A DNA stretch of 64,000 nucleotides from Eledone cirrhosa. Its lineage: Eukaryota. Below, one piece after another: positions 39,726 through 54,700 of the stretch. The notes under the pieces were generated by a model. It did no database searches. It was not told where the DNA came from and saw only the letters and a program-made list of their open reading frames with translations. Position 1 is the first letter of the stretch, and the number at the start of each line of letters is the position of its first letter. The position numbers and the translations under genes are program-made. The stretch lies in NCBI GenBank assembly GCA_964016885.1, contig CAXHJY010000442.1:124001-188000 (forward strand). The letters are read 5' to 3'.

Positions 39726-42700
39726 TACTCATTGGCTATGTGTGGCGTGAATTTCAGCAAGATATCTCCGTAAAATCAATAGTTGTGGCTGTGGAACCAA
39801 ACCGTGTTAAACGTCAACAAAGTCCGCCGGCGAATGGTGTGCTTCGAAGAAAACGAATCCAAAAATGACGATTAGCCGGCGGATTTACCTTTTTAATCGC
39901 GGGCCGGCCGCCCGCGGTCGGATCGATCTGTAATTACTGGTACATGTGCAGACACTCATTGGCTATGTGTGGCGTGAATTTCAGCAAGATATCTCCGTAA
40001 AATCAATAGTTGTGGCTGTGGAACCAAACCGTGTTAAACGTCAACAAAGTCCGCCGGCGAATGGTGTGCTTCGAAGAAAACGAATCCAAAAATGACGATT
40101 AGCCGGCGGATTTACCTTTTTAATCGCGGGCCGGCCGCCCGCGGTCGGATCGATCTGTAATTACTGGTACATGTGCAGACACTCATTGGCTATGTGTGGC
40201 GTGAATTTCAGCAAGATATCTCCGTAAAATCAATAGTTGTGGCTGTGGAACCAAACCGTGTTAAACGTCAACAAAGTCCGCCGGCGAATGGTGTGCTTCG
40301 AAGAAAACGAATCCAAAAATGACGATTAGCCGGCGGATTTACCTTTTCAATCGCGGGCCGGCCGCCCGTGGTCGGATCGATCTGTAATTACTGGTACATG
40401 TGCAGACACTCATTGGCTATGTGTGGCGTGAATTTCAGCAAGATATCTCCGTAAAATCAATAGTTGTGGCTGTGGAACCAAACCGTGTTAAACGTCAACA
40501 AAGTCCGCCGGCGAATGGTGTGCTTCGAAGAAAACGAATCCAAAAATGACGATTAGCCGGCGGATTTACCTTTTTAATCGCGGGCCGGCCGCCCGCGGTC
40601 GGATCGATCTGTAATTACTGGTACATGTGCAGACACTCATTGGCTATGTGTGGCGTGAATTTCAGCAAGATATCTCCGTAAAATCAATAGTTGTGGCTGT
40701 GGAACCAAACCGTGTTAAACGTCAACAAAGTCCGCCGGCGAATGGTGTGCTTCGAAGAAAACGAATCCAAAAATGACGATTAGCCGGCGGATTTACCTTT
40801 TTAATCGCGGGCCGGCCGCCCGCGGTCGGATCGATCTGTAATTACTGGTACATGTGCAGACACTCATTGGCTATGTGTGGCGTGAATTTCAGCAAGATAT
40901 CTCCGTAAAATCAATAGTTGTGGCTGTGGAACCAAACCGTGTTAAACGTCAACAAAGTCCGCCGGCGAATGGTGTGCTTCGAAGAAAACGAATCCAAAAA
41001 TGACGATTAGCCGGCGGATTTACCTTTTCAATCGCGGGCCGGCCGCCCGTGGTCGGATCGATCTGTAATTACTGGTACATGTGCAGACACTCATTGGCTA
41101 TGTGTGGCGTGAATTTCAGCAAGATATCTCCGTAAAATCAATAGTTGTGGCTGTGGAACCAAACCGTGTTAAACGTCAACAAAGTCCGCCGGCGAATGGT
41201 GTGCTTCGAAGAAAACGAATCCAAAAATGACGATTAGCCGGCGGATTTACCTTTTTAATCGCGGGCCGGCCGCCCGCGGTCGGATCGATCTGTAATTACT
41301 GGTACATGTGCAGACACTCATTGGCTATGTGTGGCGTGAATTTCAGCAAGATATCTCCGTAAAATCAATAGTTGTGGCTGTGGAACCAAACCGTGTTAAA
41401 CGTCAACAAAGTCCGCCGGCGAATGGTGTGCTTCGAAGAAAACGAATCCAAAAATGACGATTAGCCGGCGGATTTACCTTTTTAATCGCGGGCCGGCCGC
41501 CCGCGGTCGGATCGATCTGTAATTACTGGTACATGTGCAGACACTCATTGGCTATGTGTGGCGTGAATTTCAGCAAGATATCTCCGTAAAATCAATAGTT
41601 GTGGCTGTGGAACCAAACCGTGTTAAACGTCAACAAAGTCCGCCGGCGAATGGTGTGCTTCGAAGAAAACGAATCCAAAAATGACGATTAGCCGGCGGAT
41701 TTACCTTTTCAATCGCGGGCCGGCCGCCCGTGGTCGGATCGATCTGTAATTACTGGTACATGTGCAGACACTCATTGGCTATGTGTGGCGTGAATTTCAG
41801 CAAGATATCTCCGTAAAATCAATAGTTGTGGCTGTGGAATCAAACCGTGTTAAACGTCAACAAAGTCCGCCGGCGAATGGTGTGCTTCGAAGAAAACGAA
41901 TCCAAAAATGACGATTAGCCGGCGGATTTACCTTTTTAATCGCGGGCCGGCCGCCCGCGGTCGGATCGATCTGTAATTACTGGTACATGTGCAGACACTC
42001 ATTGGCTATGTGTGGCGTGAATTTCAGCAAGATATCTCCGTAAAATCAATAGTTGTGGCTGTGGAACCAAACCGTGTTAAACGTCAACAAAGTCCGCCGG
42101 CGAATGGTGTGCTTCGAAGAAAACGAATCCAAAAATGACGATTAGCCGGCGGATTTACCTTTTTAATCGCGGGCCGGCCGCCCGCGGTCGGATCGATCTG
42201 TAATTACTGGTACATGTGCAGACACTCATTGGCTATGTGTGGCGTGAATTTCAGCAAGATATCTCCGTAAAATCAATAGTTGTGGCTGTGGAACCAAACC
42301 GTGTTAAACGTCAACAAAGTCCGCCGGCGAATGGTGTGCTTCGAAGAAAACGAATCCAAAAATGACGATTAGCCGGCGGATTTACCTTTTCAATCGCGGG
42401 CCGGCCGCCCGTGGTCGGATCGATCTGTAATTACTGGTACATGTGCAGACACTCATTGGCTATGTGTGGCGTGAATTTCAGCAAGATATCTCCGTAAAGT
42501 CAATAGTTGTGGCTGTGGAACCAAACCGTGTTAAACGTCAACAAAGTCCGCCGGCGAATGGTGTGCTTCGAAGAAAACGAATCCAAAAATGACGATTAGC
42601 CGGCGGATTTACCTTTTCAATCGCGGGCCGGCCGCCCGTGGTCGGATCGATCTGTAATTACTGGTACATGTGCAGACACTTATTGGCTATGTGTGGCGTG

Positions 42701-45700
42701 AATTTCAGCAAGATATCTCCGTAAAATCAATAGTTGTGGCTGTGGAACCAAACCGTGTTAAACGTCAACAAAGTCCGCCGGCGAATGGTGTGCTTCGAAG
42801 AAAACGAATCCAAAAATGACGATTAGCCGGCGGATTTACCTTTTTAATCGCGGGCCGGCCGCCCGCGGTCGGATCGATCTGTAATTACTGGTACATGTGC
42901 AGACACTCATTGGCTATGTGTGGCGTGAATTTCAGCAAGATATCTCCGTAAAATCAATAGTTGTGGCTGTGGAACCAAACCGTGTTAAACGTCAACAAAG
43001 TCCGCCGGCGAATGGTGTGCTTCGAAGAAAACGAATCCAAAAATGACGATTAGCCGGCGGATTTACCTTTTTAATCGCGGGCCGGCCGCCCGCGGTCGGA
43101 TCGATCTGTAATTACTGGTACATGTGCAGACACTCATTGGCTATGTGTGGCGTGAATTTCAGCAAGATATCTCCGTAAAATCAATAGTTGTGGCTGTGGA
43201 ACCAAACCGTGTTAAACGTCAACAAAGTCCGCCGGCGAATGGTGTGCTTCGAAGAAAACGAATCCAAAAATGACGATTAGCCGGCGGATTTACCTTTTCA
43301 ATCGCGGGCCGGCCGCCCGTGGTCGGATCGATCTGTAATTACTGGTACATGTGCAGACACTCATTGGCTATGTGTGGCGTGAATTTCAGCAAGATATCTC
43401 CGTAAAGTCAATAGTTGTGGCTGTGGAACCAAACCGTGTTAAACGTCAACAAAGTCCGCCGGCGAATGGTGTGCTTCGAAGAAAACGAATCCAAAAATGA
43501 CGATTAGCCGGCGGATTTACCTTTTTAATCGCGGGCCGGCCGCCCGCGGTCGGATCGATCTGTAATTACTGGTACATGTGCAGATACTCATTGGCTATGT
43601 GTGGCGTGAATTTCAGCAAGATATCTCCGTAAAATCAATAGTTGTGGCTGTGGAACCAAACCGTGTTAAACGTCAACAAAGTCCGCCGGCGAATGGTGTG
43701 CTTCGAAGAAAACGAATCCAAAAATGACGATTAGCCGGCGGATTTACCTTTTTAATCGCGGGCCGGCCGCCCGCGGTCGGATCGATCTGTAATTACTGGT
43801 ACATGTGCAGACACTCATTGGCTATGTGTGGCGTGAATTTCAGCAAGATATCTCCGTAAAATCAATAGTTGTGGCTGTGGAACCAAACCGTGTTAAACGT
43901 CAACAAAGTCCGCCGGCGAATGGTGTGCTTCGAAGAAAACGAATCCAAAAATGACGATTAGCCGGCGGATTTACCTTTTTAATCGCGGGCCGGCCGCCCG
44001 CGGTCGGATCGATCTGTAATTACTGGTACATGTGCAGACACTCATTGGCTATGTGTGGCGTGAATTTCAGCAAGATATCTCCGTAAAATCAATAGTTGTG
44101 GCTGTGGAACCAAACCGTGTTAAACGTCAACAAAGTCCGCCGGCGAATGGTGTGCTTCGAAGAAAACGAATCCAAAAATGACGATTAGCCGGCGGATTTA
44201 CCTTTTCAATCGCGGGCCGGCCGCCCGTGGTCGGATCGATCTGTAATTACTGGTACATGTGCAGACACTCATTGGCTATGTGTGGCGTGAATTTCAGCAA
44301 GATATCTCCGTAAAATCAATAGTTGTGGCTGTGGAACCAAACCGTGTTAAACGTCAACAAAGTCCGCCGGCGAATGGTGTGCTTCGAAGAAAACGAATCC
44401 AAAAATGACGATTAGCCGGCGGATTTACCTTTTTAATCGCGGGCCGGCCGCCCGCGGTCGGATCGATCTGTAATTACTGGTACATGTGCAGACACTCATT
44501 GGCTATGTGTGGCGTGAATTTCAGCAAGATATCTCCGTAAAATCAATAGTTGTGGCTGTGGAACCAAACCGTGTTAAACGTCAACAAAGTCCGCCGGCGA
44601 ATGGTGTGCTTCGAAGAAAACGAATCCAAAAATGACGATTAGCCGGCGGATTTACCTTTTTAATCGCGGGCCGGCCGCCCGCGGTCGGATCGATCTGTAA
44701 TTACTGGTACATGTGCAGACACTCATTGGCTATGTGTGGCGTGAATTTCAGCAAGATATCTCCGTAAAATCAATAGTTGTGGCTGTGGAACCAAACCGTG
44801 TTAAACGTCAACAAAGTCCGCCGGCGAATGGTGTGCTTCGAAGAAAACGAATCCAAAAATGACGATTAGCCGGCGGATTTACCTTTTCAATCGCGGGCCG
44901 GCCGCCCGTGGTCGGATCGATCTGTAATTACTGGTACATGTGCAGACACTCATTGGCTATGTGTGGCGTGAATTTCAGCAAGATATCTCCGTAAAATCAA
45001 TAGTTGTGGCTGTGGAACCAAACCGTGTTAAACGTCAACAAAGTCCGCCGGCGAATGGTGTGCTTCGAAGAAAACGAATCCAAAAATGACGATTAGCCGG
45101 CGGATTTACCTTTTTAATCGCGGGCCGGCCGCCCGCGGTCGGATCGATCTGTAATTACTGGTACATGTGCAGACACTCATTGGCTATGTGTGGCGTGAAT
45201 TTCAGCAAGATATCTCCGTAAAATCAATAGTTGTGGCTGTGGAACCAAACCGTGTTAAACGTCAACAAAGTCCGCCGGCGAATGGTGTGCTTCGAAGAAA
45301 ACGAATCCAAAAATGACGATTAGCCGGCGGATTTACCTTTTTAATCGCGGGCCGGCCGCCCGCGGTCGGATCGATCTGTAATTACTGGTACATGTGCAGA
45401 CACTCATTGGCTATGTGTGGCGTGAATTTCAGCAAGATATCTCCGTAAAATCAATAGTTGTGGCTGTGGAACCAAACCGTGTTAAACGTCAACAAAGTCC
45501 GCCGGCGAATGGTGTGCTTCGAAGAAAACGAATCCAAAAATGACGATTAGCCGGCGGATTTACCTTTTCAATCGCGGGCCGGCCGCCCGTGGTCGGATCG
45601 ATCTGTAATTACTGGTACATGTGCAGACACTCATTGGCTATGTGTGGCGTGAATTTCAGCAAGATATCTCCGTAAAATCAATAGTTGTGGCTGTGGAATC

Positions 45701-47443
45701 AAACCGTGTTAAACGTCAACAAAGTCCGCCGGCGAATGGTGTGCTTCGAAGAAAACGAATCCAAAAATGACGATTAGCCGGCGGATTTACCTTTTTAATC
45801 GCGGGCCGGCCGCCCGCGGTCGGATCGATCTGTAATTACTGGTACATGTGCAGACACTCATTGGCTATGTGTGGCGTGAATTTCAGCAAGATATCTCCGT
45901 AAAATCAATAGTTGTGGCTGTGGAACCAAACCGTGTTAAACGTCAACAAAGTCCGCCGGCGAATGGTGTGCTTCGAAGAAAACGAATCCAAAAATGACGA
46001 TTAGCCGGCGGATTTACCTTTTTAATCGCGGGCCGGCCGCCCGCGGTCGGATCGATCTGTAATTACTGGTACATGTGCAGACACTCATTGGCTATGTGTG
46101 GCGTGAATTTCAGCAAGATATCTCCGTAAAATCAATAGTTGTGGCTGTGGAACCAAACCGTGTTAAACGTCAACAAAGTCCGCCGGCGAATGGTGTGCTT
46201 CGAAGAAAACGAATCCAAAAATGACGATTAGCCGGCGGATTTACCTTTTCAATCGCGGGCCGGCCGCCCGTGGTCGGATCGATCTGTAATTACTGGTACA
46301 TGTGCAGACACTCATTGGCTATGTGTGGCGTGAATTTCAGCAAGATATCTCCGTAAAGTCAATAGTTGTGGCTGTGGAACCAAACCGTGTTAAACGTCAA
46401 CAAAGTCCGCCGGCGAATGGTGTGCTTCGAAGAAAACGAATCCAAAAATGACGATTAGCCGGCGGATTTACCTTTTCAATCGCGGGCCGGCCGCCCGTGG
46501 TCGGATCGATCTGTAATTACTGGTACATGTGCAGACACTTATTGGCTATGTGTGGCGTGAATTTCAGCAAGATATCTCCGTAAAATCAATAGTTGTGGCT
46601 GTGGAACCAAACCGTGTTAAACGTCAACAAAGTCCGCCGGCGAATGGTGTGCTTCGAAGAAAACGAATCCAAAAATGACGATTAGCCGGCGGATTTACCT
46701 TTTTAATCGCGGGCCGGCCGCCCGCGGTCGGATCGATCTGTAATTACTGGTACATGTGCAGACACTCATTGGCTATGTGTGGCGTGAATTTCAGCAAGAT
46801 ATCTCCGTAAAATCAATAGTTGTGGCTGTGGAACCAAACCGTGTTAAACGTCAACAAAGTCCGCCGGCGAATGGTGTGCTTCGAAGAAAACGAATCCAAA
46901 AATGACGATTAGCCGGCGGATTTACCTTTTTAATCGCGGGCCGGCCGCCCGCGGTCGGATCGATCTGTAATTACTGGTACATGTGCAGACACTCATTGGC
47001 TATGTGTGGCGTGAATTTCAGCAAGATATCTCCGTAAAATCAATAGTTGTGGCTGTGGAACCAAACCGTGTTAAACGTCAACAAAGTCCGCCGGCGAATG
47101 GTGTGCTTCGAAGAAAACGAATCCAAAAATGACGATTAGCCGGCGGATTTACCTTTTCAATCGCGGGCCGGCCGCCCGTGGTCGGATCGATCTGTAATTA
47201 CTGGTACATGTGCAGACACTCATTGGCTATGTGTGGCGTGAATTTCAGCAAGATATCTCCGTAAAGTCAATAGTTGTGGCTGTGGAACCAAACCGTGTTA
47301 AACGTCAACAAAGTCCGCCGGCGAATGGTGTGCTTCGAAGAAAACGAATCCAAAAATGACGATTAGCCGGCGGATTTACCTTTTCAATCGCGGGCCGGCC
47401 GCCCGTGGTCGGATCGATCTGTAATTACTGGTACATGTGCAGA
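39726..47443. repeat. 17-unit (3859-bp) tandem duplication (units 176-192 vs 193-209)
   Basis: Both copies share the same A/B and marker order, including the otherwise unseen T72+B unit (units 185 and 202). Confidence 0.85.
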
Positions 47444-50400
47444 CACTTATTGGCTATGTGTGGCGTGAATTTCAGCAAGATATCTCCGTAAAATCAATAG
47501 TTGTGGCTGTGGAACCAAACCGTGTTAAACGTCAACAAAGTCCGCCGGCGAATGGTGTGCTTCGAAGAAAACTAATCCAAAAATGACGATTAGCCGGCGG
47601 ATTTACCTTTTCAATCGCGGGCCGGCCGCCCGTGGTCGGATCGATCTGTAATTACTGGTACATGTGCAGACACTCATTGGCTATGTGTGGCGTGAATTTC
47701 AGCAAGATATCTCCGTAAAATCAATAGTTGTGGCTGTGGAACCAAACCGTGTTAAACGTCAACAAAGTCCGCCGGCGAATGGTGTGCTTCGAAGAAAACG
47801 AATCCAAAAATGACGATTAGCCGGCGGATTTACCTTTTCAATCGCAGGCCGGCCGCCCGTGGTCGGATCGATCTGTAATTACTGGTACATGTGCAGACAC
47901 TCATTGGCTATGTGTGGCGTGAATTTCAGCAAGATATCTCCGTAAAATCAATAGTTGTGGCTGTGGAACCAAACCGTGTTAAACGTCAACAAAGTCCGCC
48001 GGCGAATGGTGTGCTTCGAAGAAAACGAATCCAAAAATGACGATTAGCCGGCGGATTTACCTTTTTAATCGCGGGCCGGCCGCCCGCGGTCGGATCGATC
48101 TGTAATTACTGGTACATGTGCAGACACTTATTGGCTATGTGTGGCGTGAATTTCAGCAAGATATCTCCGTAAAATCAATAGTTGTGGCTGTGGAACCAAA
48201 CCGTGTTAAACGTCAACAAAGTCCGCCGGCGAATGGTGTGCTTCGAAGAAAACTAATCCAAAAATGACGATTAGCCGGCGGATTTACCTTTTCAATCGCG
48301 GGCCGGCCGCCCGTGGTCGGATCGATCTGTAATTACTGGTACATGTGCAGACACTCATTGGCTATGTGTGGCGTGAATTTCAGCAAGATATCTCCGTAAA
48401 ATCAATAGTTGTGGCTGTGGAACCAAACCGTGTTAAACGTCAACAAAGTCCGCCGGCGAATGGTGTGCTTCGAAGAAAACGAATCCAAAAATGACGATTA
48501 GCCGGCGGATTTACCTTTTCAATCGCAGGCCGGCCGCCCGTGGTCGGATCGATCTGTAATTACTGGTACATGTGCAGACACTCATTGGCTATGTGTGGCG
48601 TGAATTTCAGCAAGATATCTCCGTAAAATCAATAGTTGTGGCTGTGGAACCAAACCGTGTTAAACGTCAACAAAGTCCGCCGGCGAATGGTGTGCTTCGA
48701 AGAAAACGAATCCAAAAATGACGATTAGCCGGCGGATTTACCTTTTTAATCGCGGGCCGGCCGCCCGCGGTCGGATCGATCTGTAATTACTGGTACATGT
48801 GCAGACACTCATTGGCTATGTGTGGCGTGAATTTCAGCAAGATATCTCCGTAAAATCAATAGTTGTGGCTGTGGAACCAAACCGTGTTAAACGTCAACAA
48901 AGTCCGCCGGCGAATGGTGTGCTTCGAAGAAAACGAATCCAAAAATGACGATTAGCCGGCGGATTTACCTTTTCAATCGCGGGCCGGCCGCCCGTGGTCG
49001 GATCGATCTGTAATTACTGGTACATGTGCAGACACTCATTGGCTATGTGTGGCGTGAATTTCAGCAAGATATCTCCGTAAAATCAATAGTTGTGGCTGTG
49101 GAACCAAACCGTGTTAAACGTCAACAAAGTCCGCCGGCGAATGGTGTGCTTCGAAGAAAACGAATCCAAAAATGACGATTAGCCGGCGGATTTACCTTTT
49201 TAATCGCGGGCCGGCCGCCCGCGGTCGGATCGATCTGTAATTACTGGTACATGTGCAGACACTCATTGGCTATGTGTGGCGTGAATTTCAGCAAGATATC
49301 TCCGTAAAATCAATAGTTGTGGCTGTGGAACCAAACCGTGTTAAACGTCAACAAAGTCCGCCGGCGAATGGTGTGCTTCGAAGAAAACGAATCCAAAAAT
49401 GACGATTAGCCGGCGGATTTACCTTTTCAATCGCGGGCCGGCCGCCCGTGGTCGGATCGATCTGTAATTACTGGTACATGTGCAGACACTCATTGGCTAT
49501 GTGTGGCGTGAATTTCAGCAAGATATCTCCGTAAAGTCAATAGTTGTGGCTGTGGAACCAAACCGTGTTAAACGTCAACAAAGTCCGCCGGCGAATGGTG
49601 TGCTTCGAAGAAAACGAATCCAAAAATGACGATTAGCCGGCGGATTTACCTTTTCAATCGCGGGCCGGCCGCCCGTGGTCGGATCGATCTGTAATTACTG
49701 GTACATGTGCAGACACTTATTGGCTATGTGTGGCGTGAATTTCAGCAAGATATCTCCGTAAAATCAATAGTTGTGGCTGTGGAACCAAACCGTGTTAAAC
49801 GTCAACAAAGTCCGCCGGCGAATGGTGTGCTTCGAAGAAAACTAATCCAAAAATGACGATTAGCCGGCGGATTTACCTTTTCAATCGCGGGCCGGCCGCC
49901 CGTGGTCGGATCGATCTGTAATTACTGGTACATGTGCAGACACTCATTGGCTATGTGTGGCGTGAATTTCAGCAAGATATCTCCGTAAAATCAATAGTTG
50001 TGGCTGTGGAACCAAACCGTGTTAAACGTCAACAAAGTCCGCCGGCGAATGGTGTGCTTCGAAGAAAACGAATCCAAAAATGACGATTAGCCGGCGGATT
50101 TACCTTTTCAATCGCAGGCCGGCCGCCCGTGGTCGGATCGATCTGTAATTACTGGTACATGTGCAGACACTCATTGGCTATGTGTGGCGTGAATTTCAGC
50201 AAGATATCTCCGTAAAATCAATAGTTGTGGCTGTGGAACCAAACCGTGTTAAACGTCAACAAAGTCCGCCGGCGAATGGTGTGCTTCGAAGAAAACGAAT
50301 CCAAAAATGACGATTAGCCGGCGGATTTACCTTTTTAATCGCGGGCCGGCCGCCCGCGGTCGGATCGATCTGTAATTACTGGTACATGTGCAGACACTTA

Positions 50401-51756
50401 TTGGCTATGTGTGGCGTGAATTTCAGCAAGATATCTCCGTAAAATCAATAGTTGTGGCTGTGGAACCAAACCGTGTTAAACGTCAACAAAGTCCGCCGGC
50501 GAATGGTGTGCTTCGAAGAAAACTAATCCAAAAATGACGATTAGCCGGCGGATTTACCTTTTCAATCGCGGGCCGGCCGCCCGTGGTCGGATCGATCTGT
50601 AATTACTGGTACATGTGCAGACACTCATTGGCTATGTGTGGCGTGAATTTCAGCAAGATATCTCCGTAAAATCAATAGTTGTGGCTGTGGAACCAAACCG
50701 TGTTAAACGTCAACAAAGTCCGCCGGCGAATGGTGTGCTTCGAAGAAAACGAATCCAAAAATGACGATTAGCCGGCGGATTTACCTTTTCAATCGCAGGC
50801 CGGCCGCCCGTGGTCGGATCGATCTGTAATTACTGGTACATGTGCAGACACTCATTGGCTATGTGTGGCGTGAATTTCAGCAAGATATCTCCGTAAAATC
50901 AATAGTTGTGGCTGTGGAACCAAACCGTGTTAAACGTCAACAAAGTCCGCCGGCGAATGGTGTGCTTCGAAGAAAACGAATCCAAAAATGACGATTAGCC
51001 GGCGGATTTACCTTTTTAATCGCGGGCCGGCCGCCCGCGGTCGGATCGATCTGTAATTACTGGTACATGTGCAGACACTCATTGGCTATGTGTGGCGTGA
51101 ATTTCAGCAAGATATCTCCGTAAAATCAATAGTTGTGGCTGTGGAACCAAACCGTGTTAAACGTCAACAAAGTCCGCCGGCGAATGGTGTGCTTCGAAGA
51201 AAACGAATCCAAAAATGACGATTAGCCGGCGGATTTACCTTTTCAATCGCGGGCCGGCCGCCCGTGGTCGGATCGATCTGTAATTACTGGTACATGTGCA
51301 GACACTCATTGGCTATGTGTGGCGTGAATTTCAGCAAGATATCTCCGTAAAATCAATAGTTGTGGCTGTGGAACCAAACCGTGTTAAACGTCAACAAAGT
51401 CCGCCGGCGAATGGTGTGCTTCGAAGAAAACGAATCCAAAAATGACGATTAGCCGGCGGATTTACCTTTTTAATCGCGGGCCGGCCGCCCGCGGTCGGAT
51501 CGATCTGTAATTACTGGTACATGTGCAGACACTCATTGGCTATGTGTGGCGTGAATTTCAGCAAGATATCTCCGTAAAATCAATAGTTGTGGCTGTGGAA
51601 CCAAACCGTGTTAAACGTCAACAAAGTCCGCCGGCGAATGGTGTGCTTCGAAGAAAACGAATCCAAAAATGACGATTAGCCGGCGGATTTACCTTTTCAA
51701 TCGCGGGCCGGCCGCCCGTGGTCGGATCGATCTGTAATTACTGGTACATGTGCAGA
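47217..51756. repeat. 10-unit (2270-bp) tandem duplication (units 209-218 = 219-228)
   Basis: A176 occurs in units 211/214 and 221/224, T130 in 210/213 and 220/223, and G50 in 209 and 219. Confidence 0.85.
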
Positions 51757-54700
51757 CACTCATTGGCTATGTGTGGCGTGAATTTCAGCAAGATATCTCC
51801 GTAAAGTCAATAGTTGTGGCTGTGGAACCAAACCGTGTTAAACGTCAACAAAGTCCGCCGGCGAATGGTGTGCTTCGAAGAAAACGAATCCAAAAATGAC
51901 GATTAGCCGGCGGATTTACCTTTTCAATCGCGGGCCGGCCGCCCGTGGTCGGATCGATCTGTAATTACTGGTACATGTGCAGACACTTATTGGCTATGTG
52001 TGGCGTGAATTTCAGCAAGATATCTCCGTAAAATCAATAGTTGTGGCTGTGGAACCAAACCGTGTTAAACGTCAACAAAGTCCGCCGGCGAATGGTGTGC
52101 TTCGAAGAAAACGAATCCAAAAATGACGATTAGCCGGCGGATTTACCTTTTTAATCGCGGGCCGGCCGCCCGCGGTCGGATCGATCTGTAATTACTGGTA
52201 CATGTGCAGACACTCATTGGCTATGTGTGGCGTGAATTTCAGCAAGATATCTCCGTAAAATCAATAGTTGTGGCTGTGGAACCAAACCGTGTTAAACGTC
52301 AACAAAGTCCGCCGGCGAATGGTGTGCTTCGAAGAAAACGAATCCAAAAATGACGATTAGCCGGCGGATTTACCTTTTTAATCGCGGGCCGGCCGCCCGC
52401 GGTCGGATCGATCTGTAATTACTGGTACATGTGCAGACACTCATTGGCTATGTGTGGCGTGAATTTCAGCAAGATATCTCCGTAAAATCAATAGTTGTGG
52501 CTGTGGAACCAAACCGTGTTAAACGTCAACAAAGTCCGCCGGCGAATGGTGTGCTTCGAAGAAAACGAATCCAAAAATGACGATTAGCCGGCGGATTTAC
52601 CTTTTCAATCGCGGGCCGGCCGCCCGTGGTCGGATCGATCTGTAATTACTGGTACATGTGCAGACACTCATTGGCTATGTGTGGCGTGAATTTCAGCAAG
52701 ATATCTCCGTAAAGTCAATAGTTGTGGCTGTGGAACCAAACCGTGTTAAACGTCAACAAAGTCCGCCGGCGAATGGTGTGCTTCGAAGAAAACGAATCCA
52801 AAAATGACGATTAGCCGGCGGATTTACCTTTTCAATCGCGGGCCGGCCGCCCGTGGTCGGATCGATCTGTAATTACTGGTACATGTGCAGACACTTATTG
52901 GCTATGTGTGGCGTGAATTTCAGCAAGATATCTCCGTAAAATCAATAGTTGTGGCTGTGGAACCAAACCGTGTTAAACGTCAACAAAGTCCGCCGGCGAA
53001 TGGTGTGCTTCGAAGAAAACTAATCCAAAAATGACGATTAGCCGGCGGATTTACCTTTTCAATCGCGGGCCGGCCGCCCGTGGTCGGATCGATCTGTAAT
53101 TACTGGTACATGTGCAGACACTCATTGGCTATGTGTGGCGTGAATTTCAGCAAGATATCTCCGTAAAATCAATAGTTGTGGCTGTGGAACCAAACCGTGT
53201 TAAACGTCAACAAAGTCCGCCGGCGAATGGTGTGCTTCGAAGAAAACGAATCCAAAAATGACGATTAGCCGGCGGATTTACCTTTTCAATCGCGGGCCGG
53301 CCGCCCGTGGTCGGATCGATCTGTAATTACTGGTACATGTGCAGACACTCATTGGCTATGTGTGGCGTGAATTTCAGCAAGATATCTCCGTAAAATCAAT
53401 AGTTGTGGCTGTGGAACCAAACCGTGTTAAACGTCAACAAAGTCCGCCGGCGAATGGTGTGCTTCGAAGAAAACGAATCCAAAAATGACGATTAGCCGGC
53501 GGATTTACCTTTTTAATCGCGGGCCGGCCGCCCGCGGTCGGATCGATCTGTAATTACTGGTACATGTGCAGACACTCATTGGCTATGTGTGGCGTGAATT
53601 TCAGCAAGATATCTCCGTAAAATCAATAGTTGTGGCTGTGGAACCAAACCGTGTTAAACGTCAACAAAGTCCGCCGGCGAATGGTGTGCTTCGAAGAAAA
53701 CGAATCCAAAAATGACGATTAGCCGGCGGATTTACCTTTTCAATCGCGGGCCGGCCGCCCGTGGTCGGATCGATCTGTAATTACTGGTACATGTGCAGAC
53801 ACTCATTGGCTATGTGTGGCGTGAATTTCAGCAAGATATCTCCGTAAAATCAATAGTTGTGGCTGTGGAATCAAACCGTGTTAAACGTCAACAAAGTCCG
53901 CCGGCGAATGGTGTGCTTCGAAGAAAACGAATCCAAAAATGACGATTAGCCGGCGGATTTACCTTTTCAATCGCGGGCCGGCCGCCCGTGGTCGGATCGA
54001 TCTGTAATTACTGGTACATGTGCAGACACTCATTGGCTATGTGTGGCGTGAATTTCAGCAAGATATCTCCGTAAAATCAATAGTTGTGGCTGTGGAACCA
54101 AACCGTGTTAAACGTCAACAAAGTCCGCCGGCGAATGGTGTGCTTCGAAGAAAACGAATCCAAAAATGACGATTAGCCGGCGGATTTACCTTTTCAATCG
54201 CGGGCCGGCCGCCCGTGGTCGGATCGATCTGTAATTACTGGTACATGTGCAGACACTTATTGGCTATGTGTGGCGTGAATTTCAGCAAGATATCTCCGTA
54301 AAATCAATAGTTGTGGCTGTGGAACCAAACCGTGTTAAACGTCAACAAAGTCCGCCGGCGAATGGTGTGCTTCGAAGAAAACGAATCCAAAAATGACGAT
54401 TAGCCGGCGGATTTACCTTTTTAATCGCGGGCCGGCCGCCCGCGGTCGGATCGATCTGTAATTACTGGTACATGTGCAGACACTCATTGGCTATGTGTGG
54501 CGTGAATTTCAGCAAGATATCTCCGTAAAATCAATAGTTGTGGCTGTGGAACCAAACCGTGTTAAACGTCAACAAAGTCCGCCGGCGAATGGTGTGCTTC
54601 GAAGAAAACGAATCCAAAAATGACGATTAGCCGGCGGATTTACCTTTTTAATCGCGGGCCGGCCGCCCGCGGTCGGATCGATCTGTAATTACTGGTACAT

